Assembly: GCA_028870995.1 (NCBI GenBank)
Contig: JAGWOI010000010.1
Location: forward strand, 1,775-65,774
DNA length: 64,000 nt
Reading direction: 5' to 3'
Source: Candidatus Omnitrophota bacterium
GTDB lineage: Bacteria > Omnitrophota > Gorgyraeia > Zapsychrales > Fredricksoniimonadaceae
Within the stretch, counting starts at the first letter, position 1; each line of letters opens with the position of its first letter. This document shows, in pieces, positions 56,802-64,000 of the stretch. Below the pieces are notes generated by a model that saw nothing but the letters and a program-made list of their open reading frames with translations, searched no databases and was not told where the DNA came from. The translations under genes were made by a program, and so were the position numbers.

Positions 56802-58436
56802 ATGGCTAAATTCGGTGAATTACTTATTGTAGAAAATTTAATAACACAAGAAGAGCTTAATCTCTGCTTGCAGGCCCAAGGGTTAAACCGCCATGAGCGT
56901 ATAGGAGCAATTTTAAAGCATTATAATTTTATCGATGATTTAAAGATCGCAGAATTGATTGCACGGGAAATCGGCTGGGAATTTTTTACTGGAGAATATG
57001 TGCCTGATTATTCAGCCGTCAAGAGTATGGGTTTTGAGTTCTTTAATAAAAACCAAATTTTTCCTGTTAAGGACGGGCCTAGGACGATATTTGTGGTCTC
57101 TTATATAGATAATGTCGATGTCACAGATCATTTAAAGGTGGCCTTGGCCCTCGATACAGAGGATAAAGATTCATTCGCCATCGGTAGTGAGAAGGAGGTC
57201 CGCCTAGCCCTGGAACTTTTAGCGCTGGAAGAGAATCGCAGGAATATAAACACGCCTTCCTTAGAAATCAGTGGGAACGATGAGGACAAGGTAACGACAT
57301 GGTTTGACCAAATCATCAAGCAGGCCGTTATCACTCATTCGACTGATATTCATATCGAACCTGCCCTTAAAGTCACTGAGGTCAGGTTCCGGATCGATGG
57401 TATTCTTAAATTCATCTGTTGTGTGAAGAAAGAGCATATTCACGCCATTGCCAACATCATTTTAAACCGTTGCCATGCCAACCCTGGGGAGTATAGATTT
57501 CAAGAAGGTGGCTTCCGCTATCAATGCCAAGATACCGGGAAAGATTATGATATCCGTTTCTCCCAGGTACCGAGCGCCTACGGGCCTGCCATTGTTTTAA
57601 GACTTCACGACAAGGTCATGGCATCGATTCCCTTGGAAAGATTGGGGTATTCGGAGTCTAATTGGAAGCTCATCAAAGAAATGCTTAAAAAACCCTACGG
57701 CATCATTTTGGTGACTGGTCCTACAGGCTGCGGCAAATCGACAACCCTCTACGGCATGCTCAATCATATTAAAAGTATCGGAAAAAAGATTTTGACCGTT
57801 GAGGATCCGATAGAGATCAATCATACCCTGATGACCCAGTTACAGATAAATCACGCCCAGGAGGTTACTTTTGCCAGGGCCATACGTGCTTTTTTGCGTC
57901 ATGATCCGGACATCATTCTGGTCGGTGAGATCCGCGATCAGGAAACAGCCCGGGAAGCAGTCCGGGCTTCCATCACAGGTCATCAGGTCTTTTCGACCCT
58001 TCACACCAATGGCCCGCTGGAGGCCATCTTAAGACTTAATGATTTGGGCATTGAACCTTTTAATATCGCCAGTTCCTTATTAGCTGTTGTGGCACAGAGG
58101 TTGGTGAGAAAACTTTGCAGATATTGTAAGAGAGATGTTTGCATTCAAAAAGAAAGTTTGGAAACTTATGAAGTTAAATATTTAATGGAAGAGGCTCAGG
58201 TTATATGCAAGCCAAGAGGCTGCGAGAAATGTCATGAAGGCTACCGGGACAGAACAGTGGTGGCGGAAGTCGTGGTTATTGACGAAGAGATTAAAAGTTT
58301 GATTGGTAGAGGACAATTGGGAGAAATTTCGCAATTGTTAAGGGAAAAAGGTCATCAGTCTATGGTCGATGAAGCGGCTCGTTTGGTCAACCAGGGTGTA
58401 ACGTCTTTAGAAGAGGTTGTGAGGGTTTTGGGGTAG
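56802..58436 (+). CDS. pilB: Type IV pilus assembly / T2SS ATPase (PilB/GspE family)
   Basis: Walker A 'GPTGCGKSTT', Asp box, His box, tetracysteine 'CRYC...CEKC'. N-terminal GspII-like domain. Confidence 0.9.
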   Translation: MAKFGELLIVENLITQEELNLCLQAQGLNRHERIGAILKHYNFIDDLKIAELIAREIGWEFFTGEYVPDYSAVKSMGFEFFNKNQIFPVKDGPRTIFVVSYIDNVDVTDHLKVALALDTEDKDSFAIGSEKEVRLALELLALEENRRNINTPSLEISGNDEDKVTTWFDQIIKQAVITHSTDIHIEPALKVTEVRFRIDGILKFICCVKKEHIHAIANIILNRCHANPGEYRFQEGGFRYQCQDTGKDYDIRFSQVPSAYGPAIVLRLHDKVMASIPLERLGYSESNWKLIKEMLKKPYGIILVTGPTGCGKSTTLYGMLNHIKSIGKKILTVEDPIEINHTLMTQLQINHAQEVTFARAIRAFLRHDPDIILVGEIRDQETAREAVRASITGHQVFSTLHTNGPLEAILRLNDLGIEPFNIASSLLAVVAQRLVRKLCRYCKRDVCIQKESLETYEVKYLMEEAQVICKPRGCEKCHEGYRDRTVVAEVVVIDEEIKSLIGRGQLGEISQLLREKGHQSMVDEAARLVNQGVTSLEEVVRVLG

Positions 58437-58509
58437 ACCGCATATCTAATAAGGAATTGAGGAAGCGGCACGGAACTGGAAATAAGATTTATTAATTTTA
58501 AGGTGGGCT

Positions 58510-59142
58510 ATGTATTGGAGAGCCGAAGTTCTCACAAAAACAGGGAAGGAACTAAGTCTTCATTTAGAGGGTCCCAAGGACCATGTGCTGGCCGACCTAC
58601 AGATGGGTGATTTGACCGTCATCACCATGACCCCTGATATGGTCATGGCATTGAAAAAGATATGCACCAAAGGGCTGATCCCAAGTTCTACATTAGGCCC
58701 TTTTTTTATCGATTTCTCAAGAATGCTTCAAAGCGGCTTGTCTATCAATGAAACTGCCAGGACGCTTGGCGAAACGACCGCGGACCTTCAAATAAAGACT
58801 GCGTTGAAAAGCCTGCTCGTTTCTCTCAATGATGGCCATTCATTAAAGACTGCCTTTGAAAACACCAAGGTTTTCCCCCACATAGTCCCTATGCTTTTGG
58901 ATGCCGCTGAAAGAAGCGGTCAAATCCCGGAGGTTTCAAAGAAAATAGGTGAATATTTTGAATATTTAAACGAGAACACGAACAAAGTTATCGGTTCTTT
59001 CATTTATCCGATCGCCGTCTTTATTGTGTTGACCGTTGCTTCTATTGTTGTTTCCATGAATTTGATCCCTCAACTGGGTTTCCTTTTGTCCGACGATCAA
59101 AAGCACAGCGTATCAATGAAAATACTGACCGGGTATGCATAG
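58510..59142 (+). CDS. pilC: PilC/GspF platform protein, N-terminal half (first T2SSF domain); ends at an in-frame TAG
   Basis: 'FSRMLQSGLSINETARTLGE...FPHIVPMLLDAAERSGQIPE' is a T2SSF repeat, followed by a TM. RBS AAGGTGG. Confidence 0.7.
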   Translation: MYWRAEVLTKTGKELSLHLEGPKDHVLADLQMGDLTVITMTPDMVMALKKICTKGLIPSSTLGPFFIDFSRMLQSGLSINETARTLGETTADLQIKTALKSLLVSLNDGHSLKTAFENTKVFPHIVPMLLDAAERSGQIPEVSKKIGEYFEYLNENTNKVIGSFIYPIAVFIVLTVASIVVSMNLIPQLGFLLSDDQKHSVSMKILTGYA

Positions 59143-59145
59143 TTT

Positions 59146-59706
59146 ATGAAAAATAATTGGCGGATGTTGATCCTCGGTTTTCCAGTTTTGGCTGCCGGTC
59201 TCACATATGCATGGCGTTTGCAAAAAGACGGATTCTTGGAATACGTTTTCAATATACCCATAGTAGGCAATATGTTTAAAGAAATAGAATTTACCCATCT
59301 ATTTTTAAAGTTGTTCATTTATATAAAAAGCGGAATCAGCATCACAGAGGCTCTTTCCCACATCCAATCGACACAGAAGACCTTCGTGACAAATAAGCTT
59401 GTGGGAATTAAGAACCGAATCAATAGCGGCCACTCATTGGGAGAAGCCTTTGAGAAAGACGGATTTTTCCCTCCATTTCTTTGTCAAAGCTTGAAGAAAG
59501 CCGATGAGACAGGAAAAAGAACGGAATATTTTTATGAGATTTATAAATATTACGATTCAAAGTCCAAAGCATCCGTCCAGGCCATGATCAAGCTTATAAA
59601 CCCACTTTTAATGAGTTTGGCATTTGCCTTTGCCGGCTTCATCGCCTCTTTCTATGTTCTTATTTATAGAAATATGGCCGTCATGAGTTCAAGTTTGTAC
59701 AGTTAA
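59146..59706 (+). CDS. pilC: PilC/GspF platform protein, C-terminal half (second T2SSF domain), same frame as the N-half
   Basis: 'LKLFIYIKSGISITEALSHIQST...FPPFLCQSLKKADETGK' is the second T2SSF repeat, followed by a C-terminal TM. It is separated from the N-half only by TAG-TTT. Confidence 0.7.
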   Translation: MKNNWRMLILGFPVLAAGLTYAWRLQKDGFLEYVFNIPIVGNMFKEIEFTHLFLKLFIYIKSGISITEALSHIQSTQKTFVTNKLVGIKNRINSGHSLGEAFEKDGFFPPFLCQSLKKADETGKRTEYFYEIYKYYDSKSKASVQAMIKLINPLLMSLAFAFAGFIASFYVLIYRNMAVMSSSLYS

Positions 59707-59726
59707 CCGTTCAAAAGGAGGATAAG

Positions 59727-60182
59727 ATGAAATACAGGTGCCGTCACAAAGAAGGATTTACCATAATTGAATTGACCATTGTAATGATCGTTATCGCTGC
59801 GATCTTATCCGCGGTGCTTTTTGCAGGGCAGAGCACCACGGATGCCAGCCGTGTAACCAGTGCATTGGCGAGTGTCAAGTCCTTGCAAACTGCGGCAGTC
59901 TCTTTTTATAACAATAACGGCGGTAGTTATTCAGGCTTATCGCTCTCAACCCTTGCCTCAGGTGGTTATCTGCCGGCAAATTTCACCTCAGGGACAAATC
60001 AAAACCCATGGAAAGGAAATATCACCGTGGCGCCTGATTCGTCAAATGCCAATTATTTTGACATTACTTTTACTAATGTGCCGTCTTCAGCAGCCACTTC
60101 TTTAACGGCTGCGGTGACGAAGATAGCACAATCAGCTCCAGCGTACACTGCTTCAAGCCAAACATGGACAGCGGCTTTCTAA
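59727..60182 (+). CDS. pilA: Type IV pilin (prepilin with class III signal; probable major pilin)
   Basis: 'MKYRCRHKEG/FTIIELTIVMIVIAAILSAVLF' with Gly-1, Phe+1, Glu+5. Strong RBS AAAGGAGGA. Confidence 0.8.
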   Translation: MKYRCRHKEGFTIIELTIVMIVIAAILSAVLFAGQSTTDASRVTSALASVKSLQTAAVSFYNNNGGSYSGLSLSTLASGGYLPANFTSGTNQNPWKGNITVAPDSSNANYFDITFTNVPSSAATSLTAAVTKIAQSAPAYTASSQTWTAAF

Positions 60183-60634
60183 ATAATCGGGGTTTTATGC
60201 TTTTGGAAGTGGCGGCCTGTGTGGCGATCATTGTTTTTGTTTCGGCAATGATTATGCCGAATAACTGGAGGCGTGTCCAAAACGCCAAGTTTGCTAAGGC
60301 GGTTATGGAAATGAAATCGATAGCCCTTGCTTCTATTGATTATTTGGAGTCAAAGGGAACCTGTCCGGCGGATATCAGCGAACTTGCTCCAGCTTTCATG
60401 CCGCGGGCTGTCACTTCCAGTCCTTTTGGGACTGCTTATCAAATTAATTGCACATCTAATATGCTATCAGTCTCTAATTTGGTTCCGGCAGGAATGGCAG
60501 TGTGGAACCCCGAAGGTCCTTTGTTACAGATTTCCTCATCGGGAGGGCAGGACAACGTAACCATCACTCAAACCGTGCCCAATACTTTTGTTGCCCGTTT
60601 ACTTTATGACAAAAGATACCTATACAGTTCATAA
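60164..60634 (+). CDS. Prepilin-type N-terminal cleavage/methylation domain protein (minor pilin/pseudopilin)
   Basis: 'NNRG/FMLLEVAACVAIIVFVSAMI' with Glu+5. Confidence 0.7.
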   Translation: MDSGFLNNRGFMLLEVAACVAIIVFVSAMIMPNNWRRVQNAKFAKAVMEMKSIALASIDYLESKGTCPADISELAPAFMPRAVTSSPFGTAYQINCTSNMLSVSNLVPAGMAVWNPEGPLLQISSSGGQDNVTITQTVPNTFVARLLYDKRYLYSS

Positions 60635-61337
60635 AAAGGGCTTCAGCCTTTTGGAGATGTCCTGTGTATTGATCATCATGTCTACTCTGGCTTCGGCGGC
60701 CATCCCTGTTTTGACGCGTTCATTTTTAGACAGGGCCGGGGAGAAAGTCAGCATGGATATCGGGGCCATTCAGGATGCGGCCCGAGCCTATTATATAGCC
60801 CATAATACCTGGCCGGCATCAATCACACCAACAGGAGCTGTCCCGGCAAAGGACCTTGAATCCAACGGCTTTCTTCCCGGCAGTTGGAATGCCGTCAATC
60901 CTTTTGGAAATCCTTACACGATCTCGGTCAGTGGATCGATTTTTACTGTCTTGAGTCAAGTGGCAGACGGCATACAGGTTGCCGTGGTCAACCGTCTTCC
61001 CGCAAGTTCCTATAGCGGCAATACCGTCTCCAGCAGCATGCCGCCTCCGGGAGAGTCAAGCAGCCTGGTTTTAGGACCCTTGAATTGCAGTGTCGGATCA
61101 TCAGGTACCGCGCTTACCGACGGCATTGTAATGGCCAATGGGATATTCCCCGGTACCAATCTTTACATTTATGGTTACATCAATGGAAGATTGATCACCT
61201 CCAACTCAACAATCAGCAGTAGCGGCGGCGATACAAGGTACTCTTCCATAACCATGCCCGTTGCCAAGGGAGAAAATTGGTCGGTTTCAAGCAATGGTGG
61301 GTCCTTCCAGGTTTGCTGGCGGCCATATATCACTTAA
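60588..61337 (+). CDS. Prepilin-like protein with Ser/Gly-rich C-terminal region (minor pilin)
   Basis: 'HKKG/FSLLEMSCVLIIMSTLASAAI' with Glu+5. C-terminal 'SSSMPPPGESSSLVLG...SNSTISSSGGD'. Confidence 0.65.
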   Translation: MLPVYFMTKDTYTVHKKGFSLLEMSCVLIIMSTLASAAIPVLTRSFLDRAGEKVSMDIGAIQDAARAYYIAHNTWPASITPTGAVPAKDLESNGFLPGSWNAVNPFGNPYTISVSGSIFTVLSQVADGIQVAVVNRLPASSYSGNTVSSSMPPPGESSSLVLGPLNCSVGSSGTALTDGIVMANGIFPGTNLYIYGYINGRLITSNSTISSSGGDTRYSSITMPVAKGENWSVSSNGGSFQVCWRPYIT

Positions 61338-61351
61338 AAAGGAAAAGAGCG

Positions 61352-61861
61352 ATGAGAACCACGCTGGGACTGCTATTGGTGCTTTTCATCTTGCTCATTT
61401 TGAATTTTACTCACCGCATTTATTTTAATTTCTTTACCCACTCGCTTGCCTATGGTATCTATATGAGATTTGAAGGCACTCCTCGGAAAGGGGATTATGC
61501 GGCGTCCTGCCTGACACCTAAGATTGCTCGATATGGGATGGACCGTCACTATCTGGCTTCCGGTAATTGCAGTACGGGCGCCGTCAAGGTGCTTAAAGTA
61601 ATCAAAGGAATTCCCGGCGATCATTTTAAGGTTGAGCAAGGATCGTTGATATTAAATGGCCATGCCTATAATATAAAAACAAAGGATTCATCAGGAAGGG
61701 CGTTAAGGGTTTTTTATAGGCAAGAGGGCATATTGAAGAAGGGAGAGTACTTCTTGTTGAGCAACTTTGCAGCCAATAGCTGGGATTCTCGTTACTGGGG
61801 GCCGGTCGGTATTGAGTTTCTATTGAAACCACTATTGGTTTTTGAGAAGGTTAAAGTATAA
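61352..61861 (+). CDS. S26-family signal peptidase, TraF-like (conjugative-transfer-type signal peptidase)
   Basis: N-terminal TM. 'FTHSLAYGIY' aligns with the TraF 'TPSMPRGLY' Ser box. 'GDHFKVEQGSLILNG' and 'GEYFLLSNFAANSWDSRYWGPV' match box D/E of signal peptidase I. Confidence 0.6.
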   Translation: MRTTLGLLLVLFILLILNFTHRIYFNFFTHSLAYGIYMRFEGTPRKGDYAASCLTPKIARYGMDRHYLASGNCSTGAVKVLKVIKGIPGDHFKVEQGSLILNGHAYNIKTKDSSGRALRVFYRQEGILKKGEYFLLSNFAANSWDSRYWGPVGIEFLLKPLLVFEKVKV

Positions 61862-61868
61862 TAGCCAC

Positions 61869-63755
61869 ATGAAAAAGTTTTTCCCCCTGTTGTTATTCTT
61901 ATTAACTGCGGCCCGTCCGGTATTTGCTCAAGACGTTTATCAGGCGCACACCCATGTGCAGCTTATCAGCGAGCAAAACACCGTCGTTCCCGGAAAAACC
62001 TTTTGGGTAGGCGTAGATTTTAAGCTGGATGACAGCTGGCATGTGTATTGGCGCAATCCGGGGGATTCGGGGCTGGCGCCCAAGATCAAATGGGATTTGC
62101 CGGCAGGCATGAAGGCCGGCAATATCCAATGGCCGTATCCCGAGCGCTTGGATGTGGGCCCGCTGACAAGCTATGGGTATGGGCATGAAGTGCTCTTGAT
62201 GGTGCCTGTCAGCGTCAGCGCTGATTTTCAGCCTTCCAAGGCTGATTTGCATGCTGATCTCAATTGGCTCGCCTGCAGTGATATCTGCATCCCCGGCAAG
62301 GCGCAGCTGGCTCTTCCGGTTGTTGTTGCCCCGAAAGAGGCCGCTTTTAACGCCTCCAAAAGTCTCTTCGATAAAACCAGACAGGATTTGCCGCAGGATA
62401 TTCCTTCCATCACAAGCCAAGTCATGCCGGATGGCAATCAATGGCGGCTTGGGATTCAGTCCCCTTTGAAGGCAGGGGAGAACATTACTTTTTATCCTTT
62501 TCGCAATGATGTGATCGAGCACGCCGCTGCCGAGCATTCGCAAAAGACTAATGAGGGTTATCAGGTGACTTTAACGAAGTCACACCTCTATCAAGGTTCT
62601 TTGAAACCCATCGAAGGTGTTGCGGTCAATCCGGCAGGGTGGCAGGCCAACGGTTGGCCCAAGGCAATTGTCATTAAAGCGCCTATCGAGGTGGCGCCGC
62701 CGCGGACCCAAGTCTCTTTTTGGATCGCCTGTTTGTTTGCCTTGATCGGTGGATTGATTTTGAACCTCATGCCCTGCGTGCTGCCTGTCCTGTCCATCAA
62801 GGTCCTGCACCTGGTGGAGCGTCATCCCGATAAAACCATCGCCTTGCGTCATTCCTTGCTGTATTCGCTGGGCATTCTTTCATCCGTATGGGCGCTGGCG
62901 CTGCTGCTTTTTATTTTAAAAGCGGCGGGTCAGTTTGCGGGATGGGGATTCCAATTCCAGTCGCCGGTCTTTGTCATGGCTGTTGCGGTGATTTTATTTG
63001 TCCTGGCGCTTAATCTCTTCGGTGTTTTTGAATTCCAGGCGCCGCAGATTGGCGGCGTGCGCGGGCATCAGAACGGTTATTGGCAGAGTTTTGTCAGCGG
63101 TATCATCACGACCGTGGTGGCAAGTCCCTGCACCGCGCCGTTTATGGGGACAGCTTTGACCGCGGCCATAAGCCAGCCCAATATCGTCGGATTCGGGATA
63201 TTCACGTGTTTAGGTCTGGGCCTGGCTTCGCCGTTTGTGGTATTAAGCGCGTTTCCTTCCTTGCTGGCGTTTGTCCCCAAACCCGGCCGGTGGATGGTTT
63301 ATTTAAAAAGGGTACTGGGGATTATTTTGCTCGCCTGCGTGGTGTGGTTAATGTGGGTGTTCGGCATCCAAACCGGCTTAGGCGACCTGTCTAAAATTTA
63401 TAAATCCGCAGACCATATCCATTGGCAAAGTTATTCATCGGCCGCGGTTGACCGGGCCCGCCAGTCCGGGCACGGGGTGTTTATCGATTTTACGGCGGAC
63501 TGGTGCATCAATTGCCAGGTCAATGACCGGCTTGTGCTGCAAAATCAGCTAGTGGTCCAGGCCTTTAAGGACAAAGGGATTGTCGCTTTCAAAGCGGATT
63601 GGACAAAATATGATCCTGCCGTCACCAAGGCCTTGACTCTATACGGCAGGGACAGTATCCCGGTTTATGTTTATTATCCGCCGGGAGCCCTGAAGCCGGA
63701 GTTTTTGCCGCAATTGATCACGCCTACAACGGTTTTGAAACATATCAATCATTGA
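61869..63755 (+). CDS. dsbD: Thiol:disulfide interchange protein DsbD (DsbD-alpha, TM beta domain, C-terminal thioredoxin gamma)
   Basis: Signal peptide. Periplasmic alpha domain with 'CSDIC'. TM domain with paired Cys ('LMPCVLPVL', 'ASPCTAPF'). C-terminal 'DFTADWCINCQVND'. Confidence 0.85.
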   Translation: MKKFFPLLLFLLTAARPVFAQDVYQAHTHVQLISEQNTVVPGKTFWVGVDFKLDDSWHVYWRNPGDSGLAPKIKWDLPAGMKAGNIQWPYPERLDVGPLTSYGYGHEVLLMVPVSVSADFQPSKADLHADLNWLACSDICIPGKAQLALPVVVAPKEAAFNASKSLFDKTRQDLPQDIPSITSQVMPDGNQWRLGIQSPLKAGENITFYPFRNDVIEHAAAEHSQKTNEGYQVTLTKSHLYQGSLKPIEGVAVNPAGWQANGWPKAIVIKAPIEVAPPRTQVSFWIACLFALIGGLILNLMPCVLPVLSIKVLHLVERHPDKTIALRHSLLYSLGILSSVWALALLLFILKAAGQFAGWGFQFQSPVFVMAVAVILFVLALNLFGVFEFQAPQIGGVRGHQNGYWQSFVSGIITTVVASPCTAPFMGTALTAAISQPNIVGFGIFTCLGLGLASPFVVLSAFPSLLAFVPKPGRWMVYLKRVLGIILLACVVWLMWVFGIQTGLGDLSKIYKSADHIHWQSYSSAAVDRARQSGHGVFIDFTADWCINCQVNDRLVLQNQLVVQAFKDKGIVAFKADWTKYDPAVTKALTLYGRDSIPVYVYYPPGALKPEFLPQLITPTTVLKHINH

Positions 63756-63771
63756 AACCAGGAGAAAATAC

Positions 63772-64000
63772 ATGTTTAAACACATATTGCTGGGCATTAT
63801 TGTGAGCTTGGGTTTTTTGCAGGTCAACGGGCTGGCGCAGGTGGTCAGCGGCAAGGCCGCCCCTGATTTTACTTTGACCGACACTTACGGGCATAAACAT
63901 TCCTTGTCCGATTATAAAGGCAAATGGGTGGTCCTCGAGTGGTTTAATCCTGAGTGTCCTTTTGTCCGAAAACATTACAACAGCGGTAATATGCAAAGCC
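63772..64000 (+). CDS. Thioredoxin-fold redoxin (TlpA/AhpC-TSA-like), 3'-partial
   Basis: Signal peptide. 'GKWVVLEWFNPECPFVRKHY' is the redoxin CxxC-type region. RBS AGGAG. Runs off the window end. Confidence 0.65.
   Translation, partial: MFKHILLGIIVSLGFLQVNGLAQVVSGKAAPDFTLTDTYGHKHSLSDYKGKWVVLEWFNPECPFVRKHYNSGNMQS

Noticed and set aside
61902-62543. 213-aa minus-strand ORF
   Set aside because: Antisense to dsbD. No motifs, and typical shadow-ORF composition.
1-64000. CRISPR arrays, tRNA/rRNA genes, IS elements, integrases
   Set aside because: No regularly spaced direct repeats, no cloverleaf-like or rRNA-like segments, and no transposase or integrase-like ORFs were seen anywhere in the window.

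Overview
This is a 64 kb chromosomal window from a bacterium, probably an uncultivated Gram-negative lineage, at roughly 50-55% GC. Almost all genes are on the + strand, closely spaced and often overlapping by 4 nt. No rRNA, tRNA, CRISPR or obvious mobile elements were seen.

Content in order:
(i) a dense two-component/phosphorelay block (hybrid HK, RR-PAS-HK, two CheY-like RRs, RR-AraC), 1-4853;
(ii) cspA with a near-consensus promoter and a strong terminator, then a nitroreductase, a GMC oxidoreductase, a GH63-like glycosidase and an SDR;
(iii) a CcdA/DsbD-thioredoxin fusion followed by a small secreted repeat protein, then a divergent MFS transporter pair;
(iv) OsmC, a YkfC-like NlpC/P60 endopeptidase plus a YkfB-like dipeptide epimerase (murein peptide recycling);
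(v) housekeeping genes trxA-panD-def-lipA, a flippase-like membrane protein, a NYN protein, mlaE-lipoprotein-mlaF-mlaD, yggT, ybaB and greA;
(vi) a glycan-modification block: a GT-C-like membrane protein, a WbpB-like oxidoreductase with a duplicated 5' end, a WbpD-like acetyltransferase and a DPM1-like GT2, followed by rlmB and an HD hydrolase;
(vii) a hybrid HK with tandem PAS domains plus an Hpt protein, a TMTC/PMT-like membrane protein with TPR, a coiled-coil membrane protein, an aminotransferase, dCMP deaminase, an RR, an alpha/beta hydrolase and a GH5;
(viii) a lipoprotein / AsmA-like / transglutaminase-like trio;
(ix) a Fur-family regulator with MntH, UspA, a NicO-type Ni/Co transporter and a UDP-sugar 6-dehydrogenase;
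(x) a metal-uptake-like cluster (cupredoxin, OMP, divergent NRAMP) behind a near-consensus promoter, an inverted-repeat operator and an intrinsic terminator in its leader;
(xi) a complete type IV pilus / T2SS-like machine: secretin, PilM/N-, PilO- and PilP-like proteins, the PilB ATPase, PilC, three prepilins, an atypical TraF-like S26 signal peptidase and DsbD.

The pilus cluster carries two apparent lesions. PilC is interrupted by an in-frame TAG, and the PilP-like gene is frameshifted at a G8 homopolymer. I could not identify a single clearly novel system. The pilus cluster with its TraF-like peptidase, with no PilD or PilT in the window, is the most unusual assembly. The duplicated oxidoreductase 5' end and the promoter/operator/terminator leader at ~50.05-50.15 kb are the other strongest leads.
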